Virus record (IMG/VR): IMGVR_UViG_3300044701_001468
Source: a virus
Direction: 5' to 3' (one strand)
DNA: 64,000 nt
Shown here: piece by piece, positions 42,129 to 52,838 of the stretch
Layout: each line of letters opens with the position of its first letter
Numbering within the stretch: the first letter of the stretch is position 1
Notes under the pieces: generated by a model
What the model was told of the DNA's origin: nothing
The model's input: the letters and a program-made list of their open reading frames with translations, nothing else
The model's database searches: none
Program-made: the position numbers and the translations under genes

Positions 42129-43891
42129 ACTCCCATCCCTAGTGCGTCTTGCATATTGTTTGCATAATTTTTACTTCGCAATTCAATCCATTGTTTGTAT
42201 TGCGAGAAATTTTTGGTGCTAATAAAATCATATTTGAGTCTAGCTTCTCCACCAATAGTATCTTCACTGGTCACAGAATAAACCACGCTTTCTTTTGCCA
42301 ACACTTGCTCATAAAATAATTTATAAAAGTTAAATTGAGAAGATCCAGATTGTTGTGAAGTTTTCACCAAAACTCTTTCGCAAAGCAAAGCGACATTATT
42401 TAAAGCAAATGGATATTTTCTATTGGGACTTTTCTTTTCTGCTTCTGCTACAGACGCAGATATTAATTGTTTTAATATTTTTGTTTTAGTAGAATTACCT
42501 TTGAATAAATTATCTGCTATGAAATTTTTTGCCTTTGTTAATAACTCGGTATCAATAATTATATCATCTATTGGAGCATAATTTTTAGAAACACTTGTTA
42601 TTTTATTATCAAGTAATGTGATAAATTTTATCCACTCTTCTGGTTTCATGGAAGATGTATCTAACGTAGAATTAAAATCCTTCTTTACTTCAGATTTTTT
42701 AGAACCAGCAAATAATTTTCTCAGTGCTCTTATAGGATACAAAGTTCCTTTCTTAGAATACTTGTTGTATTCCATAGCAGACGAAGCAATCATTCGTTGA
42801 CCTATTTGATTTGCTCTTGCTGTAGATATAATACTTTTAAACCATTTATGAACTTCTGCCTCATTAGAGAAAGCAGTTGTAAATTTAACTGTGGCAGTAG
42901 AAGAACCCCTAACCTTAGACTTAACACTAATCTTAAGTGGAGTAGTTTTATTCCCATTGACTGCTATTTTATAATCAATCAATGCTTCATTGGCAGCTTC
43001 TGGTAAATATATTTCCACGCTACTAATTGATTCTCCTTCAGGCCATCCTATTATGTGTTTTATATTTGCATTGTTATTCATCAGCAACTTAGATAATTTA
43101 AGAACTGAAAGAATTTCAAAAAATTCAGATGATAAGTCAGGGGCAATACCCAACCTATCATCTAAACCAGTATTTCTATACGAATCTGTAATAGCATCAA
43201 CATAATCTTTTCTAAGAATTATATTACTAGATGGAAAATCTGTGCTATTAATAAAAGAAATTACATTGTTATAAAACTCTTGAGGTGTCAACCACGTATC
43301 TGTAATCTTTGGTTTTACATCTTTTGGTTTTAATGATTCTAATTTTTTGCTGCCAGTTGAACTACCAGCATATTTCATGGAAAAATTAAAATTTAAATTT
43401 GTGCTTTTTGGTGCTACTCTTCCTTTTGCATCTAATTCCTTATACGAATAAACAGATTTAATTTGGAGAGTTGGATTTTTACCACCTGATAAAGTATGCA
43501 ACTTTATTTCTCTGATATGAAGTTTATTCTTAATTTGTCTTGAGTTAATAAACTCCATCATGTTTTCAATAAAAGTTGCTCTAGGTATTCTCAAATTCAA
43601 ATCACCATACTTTTCATTTCCATTATCACAGGTCATCTTGTAAGTATGAACTATGCTGGATTTACTTTTGATGACTGCCTCAATTTCCATAAGGCTTCCA
43701 TCTTCTTCAATCTCGTTACTCCCACCCTCTAACTGAAAATCAAATCCATTCACTTCACCATATTGTTTATTGAAAGCATACCCAGCAGCAACGTGAACCA
43801 GCCTCAGCATTCTTCTGATTCTGGTTGCTGGAATATCAATATCAATATATTCATCAATGGTTCTTTGTTCTCTTCTTAAATCAAATGTCAT
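42125..43891 (-). CDS. AT-rich hypothetical protein, possible PD-(D/E)XK nuclease
   Basis: 588 aa; NEALIDY..ISVKSK motif. Confidence 0.55.
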   Translation of the reverse strand: MTFDLRREQRTIDEYIDIDIPATRIRRMLRLVHVAAGYAFNKQYGEVNGFDFQLEGGSNEIEEDGSLMEIEAVIKSKSSIVHTYKMTCDNGNEKYGDLNLRIPRATFIENMMEFINSRQIKNKLHIREIKLHTLSGGKNPTLQIKSVYSYKELDAKGRVAPKSTNLNFNFSMKYAGSSTGSKKLESLKPKDVKPKITDTWLTPQEFYNNVISFINSTDFPSSNIILRKDYVDAITDSYRNTGLDDRLGIAPDLSSEFFEILSVLKLSKLLMNNNANIKHIIGWPEGESISSVEIYLPEAANEALIDYKIAVNGNKTTPLKISVKSKVRGSSTATVKFTTAFSNEAEVHKWFKSIISTARANQIGQRMIASSAMEYNKYSKKGTLYPIRALRKLFAGSKKSEVKKDFNSTLDTSSMKPEEWIKFITLLDNKITSVSKNYAPIDDIIIDTELLTKAKNFIADNLFKGNSTKTKILKQLISASVAEAEKKSPNRKYPFALNNVALLCERVLVKTSQQSGSSQFNFYKLFYEQVLAKESVVYSVTSEDTIGGEARLKYDFISTKNFSQYKQWIELRSKNYANNMQDALGMGV

Positions 43892-45666
43892 TATGACATC
43901 CCCGATAAGACTGCTTGAATATACATCTTTTTAAAGCTGGCATCATTCTTCACTGAGTTAGGTAAAGCACTAGCAACAACATCAAAGTCTCCCTCAACAA
44001 TTGCTTTTCTCACTTTACTTGCAGACATACCAGATACATCATCTGCATCAGGGTCACGCTCACCAGCACTTCTAATCTCAACAGTATTCATATTGTAATC
44101 TTTACCATTATATTGTTTGATGAATTGGAATGCTGGAACACGATCAGAACCAACAACAAAGATGGCATCCGTATATCCTTTATCTTCCAACCACTTCAAT
44201 GCCTTAATAGCATCCCTAACATCAGCATCAAAAATAACGGAATCCTTGTGAGAAGGAAACATCATTTTCATCAACGTAACTTTTTGCTCTGCAGTCAAAG
44301 GATTCTTCCCCTTCTTGTCAGTAGTATGACTAGGAAAAACAAAGTAGTCGTTGCCAGCGGCAAACTCCTTAACCTTATTTATCAGCAGCTCATGCCCCGT
44401 CGTAGGGGGATTGAAGCGCCCGAAAGTAAACGCAGCAACCTTAGCACCCTCAGTGGTAGGAGGGCGCCACGACTTCTCTAGCGTGAAGTTGGCACGGGAG
44501 AACTCCAAGCGGTCAACAATCTTTACTGCCTTACCATCAACGATAGCAACGAAACCCTCAGGCTTCGTCACAACAAAGTTATCACCGCTACGCAGGAATA
44601 CTTTGGTATCGCTTAGACCAGCAAGTTTATTGTTGATTAGATTCTTAGCGTTGGTAAAAGAATTATAGATAACAATGAATGCCTTGAATGCTCGCTTGTT
44701 ATCTTCAAGGAACTGAAGACCAGATGCTAACTTATCGCGGTATTCGTTCTTAGACTTCTCCGACTTCAGACTCTCAACCTTTTCAACCAGAGACTTTTTG
44801 AATGCTGCTTCAAACTTGGTGATGAAAATATTGACATTGTTAATTTTCTGCCCTTCCTTCACATAGCTGTTAGTAAAACGCTTCATCGTATAACCAAGCG
44901 TGAACTGCTTGGTTGCTTCGTGTGCCACCATTTCAATAAAAGGTTTAGCAGCAGAAGCATTGCGTTCTGCTACAGCAATCACCGATTTGAGAGTGCGTTC
45001 TTCAACATTAGTTAAACCAGACTTAGAGCTGATATTATCCATCGTCGCAGATGCCAAAAAGACATTGCGAGTAGATTTCAAATTGAATTGACTGACACCA
45101 AAACCAGCGTTGAGAGTATTGATAGGACCAGTGCCGCTGTAGTAAGTGTGAAATACAGCGCCAATCTTAGCAGTGTTTACTGCCTTACCTAAGTCGCTAT
45201 CAGCAGGCCAAGCATACGTCAACGTATTAGGAGTTGCCGTATAGTAATGCTCGCCATCAATAGTCTTAGTTACTACATCTTCATCAGTGAAAAGAAGATC
45301 TCCCTGAATGATTCCTTTGATATTCAACTCAGCAAAATACTTCAGACAATACTTAAGTTTTTTTGCGAGGTCAGGAATTTCACCATGATTCTTATCAATA
45401 TCTTCTTCAGTGAAATTGACCTTAGGTTCTTTCTTATTAAATACCGATTTAGTGCCGACGAAAAATTGCTTGCTCTCTGGGTCGATGCCACAAACCACAG
45501 CAGGAGCGCCATCCCACTTCGTCGTAACCGTTACATTACCAGTAGGACGACCGCCAAGCTCGTCAAGAAAATTCTGAATGAGGTCTTTAGAAGCGACGTA
45601 TCCACCATAACCATAATTGATTAACTCGTCTTCTAAGTGCTCAAGGTGTTTGTTCTGGGATGCCAT
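43891..45666 (-). CDS. Cytidylyltransferase-like protein fused to a conserved N-terminal domain
   Basis: NKHLEHLED, KWDGAPA; C-terminal FGRFNPPTTGH (HIGH-like), VGSDR, GMSASK. Confidence 0.85.
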   Translation of the reverse strand: MASQNKHLEHLEDELINYGYGGYVASKDLIQNFLDELGGRPTGNVTVTTKWDGAPAVVCGIDPESKQFFVGTKSVFNKKEPKVNFTEEDIDKNHGEIPDLAKKLKYCLKYFAELNIKGIIQGDLLFTDEDVVTKTIDGEHYYTATPNTLTYAWPADSDLGKAVNTAKIGAVFHTYYSGTGPINTLNAGFGVSQFNLKSTRNVFLASATMDNISSKSGLTNVEERTLKSVIAVAERNASAAKPFIEMVAHEATKQFTLGYTMKRFTNSYVKEGQKINNVNIFITKFEAAFKKSLVEKVESLKSEKSKNEYRDKLASGLQFLEDNKRAFKAFIVIYNSFTNAKNLINNKLAGLSDTKVFLRSGDNFVVTKPEGFVAIVDGKAVKIVDRLEFSRANFTLEKSWRPPTTEGAKVAAFTFGRFNPPTTGHELLINKVKEFAAGNDYFVFPSHTTDKKGKNPLTAEQKVTLMKMMFPSHKDSVIFDADVRDAIKALKWLEDKGYTDAIFVVGSDRVPAFQFIKQYNGKDYNMNTVEIRSAGERDPDADDVSGMSASKVRKAIVEGDFDVVASALPNSVKNDASFKKMYIQAVLSGMS

Positions 45667-45718
45667 CTATGGGAAAGGGGGTCCACCCTTATTTAGGTGT
45701 CCCCCCCATCATAGCACA

Positions 45719-46123
45719 TCATACGTCGTTGGCAACTCGTTTTTCGCTTCGCTCAATACTGAAGGTTCCTTCTGGATATCGAGCAGTCAGTTTCTCGAAG
45801 TTCATCTGAGCAATCTCTTCAAACGAAATATCAAGAGCAATACATGCCTGAGCAATATACCACATGATATCTCCAAGTTCACGTTTCATATGGAAAACGT
45901 TATCTTCGTTATAAGGTTTACCTTGGAAGGCAATCTTCTTCACAATCTCAGTAAACTCACCACCCTCAGCAGTGATGCCACAAGCAGCAGTCATCAGACG
46001 TTGAATATCAACACCCTGATTTTTTAGTTCGAGAATACGTTCAACAAACTCACTGGTGTCGCGTGACGCTGGACTGGTAACAGAACCAACGAATTCAACA
46101 TACTTATTAAAATCAATTGTCAT
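45719..46123 (-). CDS. mazG: MazG-like NTP pyrophosphohydrolase
   Basis: EGGEFTEIVKK..KRELGDIMWY..N.EKL..RY. Confidence 0.9.
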   Translation of the reverse strand: MTIDFNKYVEFVGSVTSPASRDTSEFVERILELKNQGVDIQRLMTAACGITAEGGEFTEIVKKIAFQGKPYNEDNVFHMKRELGDIMWYIAQACIALDISFEEIAQMNFEKLTARYPEGTFSIERSEKRVANDV

Positions 46124-47505
46124 AAAATAAAACTGGTAAATTTGCTTTTAGTATCTTTGCTTTGTTTCGCTGCCATCTCTTCGAAGTCATACTCCTCTTC
46201 TTTATCAGAGGATAGGTCAACAGCGTTATCAACATTATAGAGCTTCATTCTTGCTCTGTCAACCCCAACCAAGAATCTCTTATACATGGTGGGATCATTG
46301 TATCTGTTCTTTAATTGTTTGACCATAATTTTACCATCCTTCTCCAAATCTTCTGTCGATATAAGAGCAAACATGAAATCAGCAGTAGCAGGTAAACCAA
46401 AGGATTCCGAAGTATCAGTAAGATCCACGTCACTATTGCCAAAACCACTACGGGTTGTTTGCGTTGCTGAGACAACAGGAACATTGTGTTCGACAGCAAG
46501 GCCGCGTAATTCCTCAGCAATCGCTTTAACATAGGTATAAGAATTGACGATAGCGCCTTTATACCTTGCACTAGCACAGATGTTAAGGTAGTCGATAAAG
46601 ATGATATCTGGTTTAAATGTCTTTTTGAGAGATAGTTCATTTAGTAATGATTTGAAATGACCAACGTGTGCAGCAGCAGTTGGATACTCTTTAATAATAA
46701 GACGACCTTGTGTTTTACGTTTCAGTTCATTGATACGATTAGTAAAGATTGATTCTGGCAAATCAATAAGGTCTTTGATATTAACATTAAACAAGTTAGC
46801 ATCAATACGTTCGGCAATCTTTTCCTCTGCCATCTCCATGGTAATGTAAAGAACATTCCGACCAAGTGATAGACAATGAGCAGCATAGTCACACATAAAG
46901 AGTGACTTGCCAACACCTGTGCCAGCAAGTGCTACATTCAATGTCTTGTTAGGTAGACCACCTTTGGTAATCTTATTAAAGTATTCGAGATGGAATGGAA
47001 TCTTATCCTCAGTGAGATGATAGAACGCATAACGCTCAGCACCATTCTCTAAGTAATCGTGACCTACGTGTTCATCGAACGATACTGCCAGGGCCTCTTG
47101 TAGGATTGCTGGGATAGCGTCTGGCGATACTTTTTGATTGCCTCCGTCCGCGATCTTGATTGACTCAAGGAGGGCGAGATAGATTGCTCTGTCTTTACAC
47201 CACTTCTCTGTGGTGTCGAGCAACCAGTTGTATTCGACTGGGGCATTAGTAAGTCCCTGAATCGTTTTAACTGCGTTTTGATATACTTCCTCATTTAAAT
47301 CTTTCCTACCTTCCAAGTTAATAATGAGAACTTCTGCTGTTGGTAGCATTTCATAGTTGCTAGCGAAGTTCCACACTTCTTCATAGATAACCTTTTCATG
47401 GGTTTCATTGAAGTAATCTGGTTTCACAAAAGGCACAACCTTTCTGTAATAGGGTTCATTACAGAGAAGGTTACGCAAAATTGTTGTTTCAATTCTTTCA
47501 CTCAT
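46120..47505 (-). CDS. Replicative DNA helicase (gp41)
   Basis: [26 protein letters not shown]. Confidence 0.97.
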   Translation of the reverse strand: MSERIETTILRNLLCNEPYYRKVVPFVKPDYFNETHEKVIYEEVWNFASNYEMLPTAEVLIINLEGRKDLNEEVYQNAVKTIQGLTNAPVEYNWLLDTTEKWCKDRAIYLALLESIKIADGGNQKVSPDAIPAILQEALAVSFDEHVGHDYLENGAERYAFYHLTEDKIPFHLEYFNKITKGGLPNKTLNVALAGTGVGKSLFMCDYAAHCLSLGRNVLYITMEMAEEKIAERIDANLFNVNIKDLIDLPESIFTNRINELKRKTQGRLIIKEYPTAAAHVGHFKSLLNELSLKKTFKPDIIFIDYLNICASARYKGAIVNSYTYVKAIAEELRGLAVEHNVPVVSATQTTRSGFGNSDVDLTDTSESFGLPATADFMFALISTEDLEKDGKIMVKQLKNRYNDPTMYKRFLVGVDRARMKLYNVDNAVDLSSDKEEEYDFEEMAAKQSKDTKSKFTSFIL

Positions 47506-48511
47506 CCGCTACTCCATACAAGAATTCTTTCTTAGCACACTCATCTAGGGCTTGCATTATTTCGGGGGTGAAGTATTTGTCAGGGTCTTTATAGATGACC
47601 GAAGGATACACACTCCCAGAATCAAGTTTAATGCGGTTACCCACCCGCTCGAAGACTCCATACTTCTCACCCAATTCCAGTAATCCGTAATACTTGTCAA
47701 GACCTCTGGCGTCATAGAATAACCTCGTTTCGATGTCTGAGTTTTCTTTAGTAAAGCGAGACTTCTGTGCCTTCACTTTAATGATGTTACCAACCACCTC
47801 AGTGCCATCTTTCTCTTTCTTTTTAGAAAGGAAAAGAATACTAGAAGCAGAATACTTCAGACCACTACCACCACCCATTTCTTTAGTGGGCACATAAGCA
47901 CCAACCACATCGTATGTATGGTTAGTAACAATCATAGGAATCTCTGCTTGACCTAGCTTGAGTGAAAGAATACGGAAGATGGATTTGATAACCTGAGCAC
48001 GAGTCATGTCACGAGTTTCCTTGCCAGCAGTCGCATCCTCAACCTCTTTCGTGGTCGAGAGCATTCCCAAAGAGTCTAGCACAAAAAGCAGAGGAGGTCT
48101 AGCATCCTTCTTAAGTTTCATGTATTCGTCAACAACCTTAATACTTTGTGTACGAAACTCTTGCACAGTAGTTACAGGCACCAAACCAACACGCTTGATA
48201 TCAATGCCACGCTCAGCAAGCATATCTTTTTCGATAGCTGATTCAGATTCAAAATAGATTACTTGTGCTTCTAGGTTGCTGTCAAGGAAGTGCTTGCAGA
48301 TTGAGAGGGCAAAGAAGGTTTTACCTGTGCTGGATTCTCCTGCAAGTGCAGTGATTTTATTTGATGGGAGACCACCAAATATGCTCCCGCTGATAAGAGC
48401 ATTGAGTATGTAAGAACCAGTATCCACAAACGTTTTACACATGATGGAATCGTCAACGACGTTCGCATATTCATTATCTAACTCCTTAATAACAGATTGT
48501 AAGAAACTCAT
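47498..48511 (-). CDS. uvsX: RecA-like recombinase
   Basis: [23 protein letters not shown]. Confidence 0.97.
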   Translation of the reverse strand: MSFLQSVIKELDNEYANVVDDSIMCKTFVDTGSYILNALISGSIFGGLPSNKITALAGESSTGKTFFALSICKHFLDSNLEAQVIYFESESAIEKDMLAERGIDIKRVGLVPVTTVQEFRTQSIKVVDEYMKLKKDARPPLLFVLDSLGMLSTTKEVEDATAGKETRDMTRAQVIKSIFRILSLKLGQAEIPMIVTNHTYDVVGAYVPTKEMGGGSGLKYSASSILFLSKKKEKDGTEVVGNIIKVKAQKSRFTKENSDIETRLFYDARGLDKYYGLLELGEKYGVFERVGNRIKLDSGSVYPSVIYKDPDKYFTPEIMQALDECAKKEFLYGVADE

Positions 48512-48517
48512 AATACC

Positions 48518-51010
48518 TCAACTAAAAAAACTTGTAAGTGAACCACGGCGTTCATACTGCCAGTCAATACATTCTAGCACATTTTTCAGTGGTTCGAAGA
48601 ACGACTTTTCAAACTGAGTGGTATAGTCAACATACTTCTCAAGGTTAAGTTCCTTAGGAAGCTGTTGAAAGAAGGCGATTACATTCTCGCCAATGGTGTT
48701 GGGAGTCTTAAGATACATGAACTTAATCTTCTCTCCCTCCTGAATCAAAGGATATTTGTGTTCGAGATTATTCTTTTTTACATAGTAGTTATACAGCAAC
48801 GCCCCACGCACTTGAATAGGGCAACCCTTAGCATAGATATCAGCACTGCTACGATACTTCTTCAGACCATTACAACCACGAGGGAATGCAATGTTGAGAT
48901 AGTTCTGCTTCTTGGTGTCTTCTTTAATCTCATTGATAAACTCAAGAATATCTTCATTTGTTTTGGTAACAATGATACGATATGCTTGCTCTAGTTTGTC
49001 ACGGAAGTAAGCAGGAGTTGATGAGCGAGCAGTCTCCATACCACAGATTTTCATCTTAGGTTTGGCATAACGCACACCTTCACTATCCCAGACGTTGAGA
49101 ACATAGCGTTTCTTGGCGGTCCAGAAACCACGCTCAGCAATGTTCTCACGCTTCATCTTCATCATCTGGGCGTAGGCGTTGAGGTAGTCTGCCAGTTCTT
49201 GGTAAGAACTTTCAATATACTTTTCAAGTTCCACCGCACAGACCTTATCAAGGAACGTAACAATGCTTTCACTAGTTTTCTCTCTGCCAGCGAATATCTT
49301 GTCCACCAACGGACCCAGATTAAGATACATAGAATCGGTATCACAAGCAATAACATAATCAGCACCTGTTGTTTTTAGAATCTTATTCAGATAAGCATTC
49401 ATCTTATTCTGAATCCAACGAATAGAAAGTTGACCAGAAAGAGTGATTGCCTCAGCGATTTCAAGTTTGTAGTAACGGAAGTGCTCATTACCGATAGCAC
49501 CATAGGCAGAGTTCAGTTGAATCTTACGTGCCATCTGAATGTTATTGCAGCGAGAAATCTCTTTCTTCAACTCAATCGTTGGAGTCTTCTCATACTGCTG
49601 CTTGGCGGCAAGCATCTTCTTTTTGTAGATGGTTCGATCTTCATAGATCTTCTCCATCAGCTTGGGTAGGAACCCCTGCTGCTTGGTGGTGTAGTGCGTC
49701 CCATTGGCGCACAGGGTCTCCCCTACGAGGTCGCTGGTATCGAATGCCTTGTCCAGCAGCATGTCCACGTTGACGCTGCTACGGCGCGGCAGGAGCGTCT
49801 CTGGCGACAGGTTGTACTGCATGATCAGGTGTGGGTACAGGGAGTTCAAGTCGAACGACACCACCCAGTCATACATGCCAGGCACAGGTTCTTTCACATA
49901 AGCACCAGCATACTTATCATTCTTCACACTATCTTTCTTTGGGGGAATGACAATGCCCATCTTCGCCAGATAGATGTAGATGATGTTATCCCACATGCGA
50001 ACCTGAGAATAAACATCCTCATAGTTTACCTTAGCATCGTATGCCATAGTAAACGCAAGTTCCAGCAACTTCATCTTGTCTTCCAATTGGTCAACAAGGC
50101 GAACGTCGATGATGTTATACTTAACAAACTTATCCCAATCTTTAGTGTAGAACTCTTTGAAAGTATCAAACTCAGAGTGATCGAGTTTCTTGGCATCAAG
50201 TTCTACAGATGCGATATGGTCAAGGCGATAAGATTCTTGGTTGGTGTAAGTGAACTTCTTGTAAAGTTCAAGGTAATCCAAACAAGCAACACCAGTGATA
50301 TCATATGCAAAGTTTTTACGACCTTTGATATAAATCTCACGACCAGAAACTAGTTTCCAAGGCGAGAGCAGTTTAGTATGCTCCTCGCCAAGAATACGAT
50401 TCATGCGGTTGCAAATGTATGGAATATCAAATAGTTGGATGTTCCAACCAGTTACTACATCGGGGGTATTTTCCTGCCACCATTTGAGGAAGCACGAAAG
50501 GAGTTTCGTCTCATCGTTACAATGGATGTAATCAACCTGTCGGTCTTCATTCTTGAAACTCTTTGATCCCCAGACAATGATCCTGTTTGTAAAAGAATCA
50601 CGGATAGAAATAAGCAGAATCTCTTGGTCTGCTGATTCAATATCAGGGAAACCATTCTCGGCTCCAGTTTCAATATCCAAAGTAAATGTACGAATGAGAG
50701 AAGAGTCGAAGCGAATTTCGTCATCGGGATATGCTTCGTTGATGTACTGATACAAGTATCTAGTATTCCCGTGAATTTCAAATCCCTCCACACCCTCGTA
50801 TTGATTGATAAATTGCCTACAATCATTAATAGAGCCTGGACGGACTTCCTTAAGGAAACGCCCATCCAGACTCTTATGATCAGTCTGCTTGTTAGCAAGA
50901 ACAAACAGACTAGGATTGTAGTTTACACGATACTGAACTCTATCACCATTTTCATAACCACGAACGAGGATGCGATTCCCCGCCTGTTCAATGTTCGTAT
51001 AAAACCTCAT
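48518..51010 (-). CDS. Family B DNA polymerase (gp43)
   Basis: DIET exonuclease motif, FDLNSLYP, KIQLNSAYG, CDTDS, KKRY. Confidence 0.98.
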   Translation of the reverse strand: MRFYTNIEQAGNRILVRGYENGDRVQYRVNYNPSLFVLANKQTDHKSLDGRFLKEVRPGSINDCRQFINQYEGVEGFEIHGNTRYLYQYINEAYPDDEIRFDSSLIRTFTLDIETGAENGFPDIESADQEILLISIRDSFTNRIIVWGSKSFKNEDRQVDYIHCNDETKLLSCFLKWWQENTPDVVTGWNIQLFDIPYICNRMNRILGEEHTKLLSPWKLVSGREIYIKGRKNFAYDITGVACLDYLELYKKFTYTNQESYRLDHIASVELDAKKLDHSEFDTFKEFYTKDWDKFVKYNIIDVRLVDQLEDKMKLLELAFTMAYDAKVNYEDVYSQVRMWDNIIYIYLAKMGIVIPPKKDSVKNDKYAGAYVKEPVPGMYDWVVSFDLNSLYPHLIMQYNLSPETLLPRRSSVNVDMLLDKAFDTSDLVGETLCANGTHYTTKQQGFLPKLMEKIYEDRTIYKKKMLAAKQQYEKTPTIELKKEISRCNNIQMARKIQLNSAYGAIGNEHFRYYKLEIAEAITLSGQLSIRWIQNKMNAYLNKILKTTGADYVIACDTDSMYLNLGPLVDKIFAGREKTSESIVTFLDKVCAVELEKYIESSYQELADYLNAYAQMMKMKRENIAERGFWTAKKRYVLNVWDSEGVRYAKPKMKICGMETARSSTPAYFRDKLEQAYRIIVTKTNEDILEFINEIKEDTKKQNYLNIAFPRGCNGLKKYRSSADIYAKGCPIQVRGALLYNYYVKKNNLEHKYPLIQEGEKIKFMYLKTPNTIGENVIAFFQQLPKELNLEKYVDYTTQFEKSFFEPLKNVLECIDWQYERRGSLTSFFS

Positions 51011-51013
51011 GCG

Positions 51014-51403
51014 TCAACCCACGGTCTTCTGGTAGTATTCTAGCACAGAATACGACGGATCGCAAATGGTCAGAATGTCATCTGCTCGCACGTAGATTTG
51101 AGTTTGGTTAGTATACTTGGGAAACTTTTGCAACAGAATATAATCTGATTGAATAACTGTCACTTCATTACCATCTTTGTCGATTTCTTTTTCTTCGCTT
51201 TCCTCAATGAAAAGAGCATCAGGATTACGAACGTTTTTATAATCAACGTTAGAATGATCCCAGTAAGTTAAATCAGTTATTCTATAAGGATTAGTTAAGA
51301 GGCATTCAGGACTCTCCTCCCTCTCCTCGATCTCCGCTATCAAATAATCCCGATCCTTCAGAACTATCACTTGAATCACTTTGTCCTGCGAGTTTAACGT
51401 CAT
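51014..51403 (-). CDS. Conserved hypothetical protein
   Basis: 129 aa, pattern similar to its upstream neighbour. Confidence 0.65.
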   Translation of the reverse strand: MTLNSQDKVIQVIVLKDRDYLIAEIEEREESPECLLTNPYRITDLTYWDHSNVDYKNVRNPDALFIEESEEKEIDKDGNEVTVIQSDYILLQKFPKYTNQTQIYVRADDILTICDPSYSVLEYYQKTVG

Positions 51404-51725
51404 CTAATCTATCTCCAAATTTTTCAATGTAAATATCAAGAATGTTTTGTTCTGGTTCACCCAATGCTATGACTTGATAGATGGGAATTTTAAATTGATC
51501 GTCAGAAGAATATGGCATCCATTTCGTAAAATTTACATTAAATTGAGATGGAGATCCATCTGGCGACACATCACCATATGGTGTCATAGACAACACATAT
51601 GGACATTTCATTAGTAATCCTGGGGGGAATCCATTTCCCTTTTGATTTTCTTCATCAAAAAGTTCTGCATGACCAGCAATAACTTGTTGACCAGTAACTA
51701 AATGAAAAATACGAACTGGTAACAT
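51306..51725 (-). CDS. Conserved hypothetical protein
   Basis: 139 aa; TTGACA-16 nt-TATAAT at 51752-51779. Confidence 0.7.
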   Translation of the reverse strand: MLPVRIFHLVTGQQVIAGHAELFDEENQKGNGFPPGLLMKCPYVLSMTPYGDVSPDGSPSQFNVNFTKWMPYSSDDQFKIPIYQVIALGEPEQNILDIYIEKFGDRLDDVKLAGQSDSSDSSEGSGLFDSGDRGEGGES

Positions 51726-51858
51726 ACAAAATATCTCCTATTTTATTTTTAATTATATCACATTTTTAATTTTTGTCAACCCAAGAAAAAGGGAGCCAAC
51801 CCTGATAGTTGCCAGGGAGGCTCCAGCGGCGACGATATTTGGGTTGCCCCTCAACTAT

Positions 51859-52302
51859 TTATCCTTCGTTCAATAATTGTTTGACATGCGTACCAATATT
51901 ATACGTCGTTTTCTTTTGGTGTTCTGGAATGATTTTCTCTAGTGAGATTGTTAGTAAACCATCCGCAAAATTTACAGAGGATACTCTGACATCATCTGCG
52001 AGTTGCCACGAATTTGTGAAGGAACGTCTTGATAGACCTTTGTGAACATACACTCTTTCAGGATCTCGTTTCTCAACTTTTGAGGTAACTCTGAGAATGT
52101 TCTGTTCTGTAGAGACTTCAATCTCGTCTGACTTAAATCCAGCCAGAGCGATTTCAATTTCGTAGTTAGCGCCATCGTTTTTGATGATGTTGTAGGGAGG
52201 ATAGTTTGTATTATGACCAGACATCGCATCTAGTCGGTTAAAAATGCTTTCCAATCCTACGTTGAAGGGAGTATAAACATCCCAAGTATATGTGTTTGTC
52301 AT
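51859..52302 (-). CDS. hsp20: Small heat-shock protein
   Basis: YPPYNI, EIALAGF, HKGLSRRSF, DGLLTI. Confidence 0.96.
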   Translation of the reverse strand: MTNTYTWDVYTPFNVGLESIFNRLDAMSGHNTNYPPYNIIKNDGANYEIEIALAGFKSDEIEVSTEQNILRVTSKVEKRDPERVYVHKGLSRRSFTNSWQLADDVRVSSVNFADGLLTISLEKIIPEHQKKTTYNIGTHVKQLLNEG

Positions 52303-52356
52303 TTTAGTTCTCCTTGAATAAGCGAGAGTTTGATTAAGACCCCGAAGGCGTCTTCA
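52303..52356 (-). promoter_or_regulatory. ROSE-like RNA thermometer in the hsp20 leader
   Basis: UCUC-G-CUU pairs with AAGGAGA (SD) with a bulged G; upstream cUUCGg hairpin; TATAAT at 52359-52364. Confidence 0.65.
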
Positions 52357-52378
52357 TTATTATATATCAGAAAGCAAT

Positions 52379-52403
52379 AAAAAAAGGGAGTGTTGAACTC
52401 CCT
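52379..52403 (-). terminator. Terminator after regA
   Basis: GGGAGT-TCAAC-ACTCCC followed by TTTTTT. Confidence 0.8.
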
Positions 52404-52409
52404 ACAAAA

Positions 52410-52838
52410 TTATTCGGTTACTTCGGTCTTTTTACGACCAATGTTATATTTACTTTCCAGGGTCCATTCATCTTTCTCTTTGAAAGCAAGAACTTTAATT
52501 TGATTCAGGGGAGCAACATCAGCAATCGCTTCTACTTTAACAACAGAAATCAATCCCCAATCGGATAACAGCTGAATAATTCTGTTTCTACGCTGAACAT
52601 CATTCACTGAAAGATTAGTATTCTTTCCATCAAGAGCAAACAACTCCTTGAAGTGAACAATATAATACTTACCTTGCTTATGAAGGATATGACAAGATTG
52701 GTAAATCTTTTTTTCTTTGCGTGAAGCAACACCAATGCGTGTTAGTGTTTCACGAACTTTAAGGAAGTCATCAGGTTCATTGAGAGTCACCTCAACCATA
52801 TCAGCTTGCTTCCATTCTACTTCAATATCAGGAGTCAT
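52410..52838 (-). CDS. regA: Translational repressor
   Basis: FLKVRETLTRIGVAS..QSCHILHKQG.YYIVHFKEL; TATAAATA at 53014-53021. Confidence 0.97.
   Translation of the reverse strand: MTPDIEVEWKQADMVEVTLNEPDDFLKVRETLTRIGVASRKEKKIYQSCHILHKQGKYYIVHFKELFALDGKNTNLSVNDVQRRNRIIQLLSDWGLISVVKVEAIADVAPLNQIKVLAFKEKDEWTLESKYNIGRKKTEVTE

Noticed and set aside
52359-52380. T4 MotA-box middle promoter (ATTGCTTTC...TATAAT)
   Set aside because: Spacing of about 5 nt is too short for a MotA box
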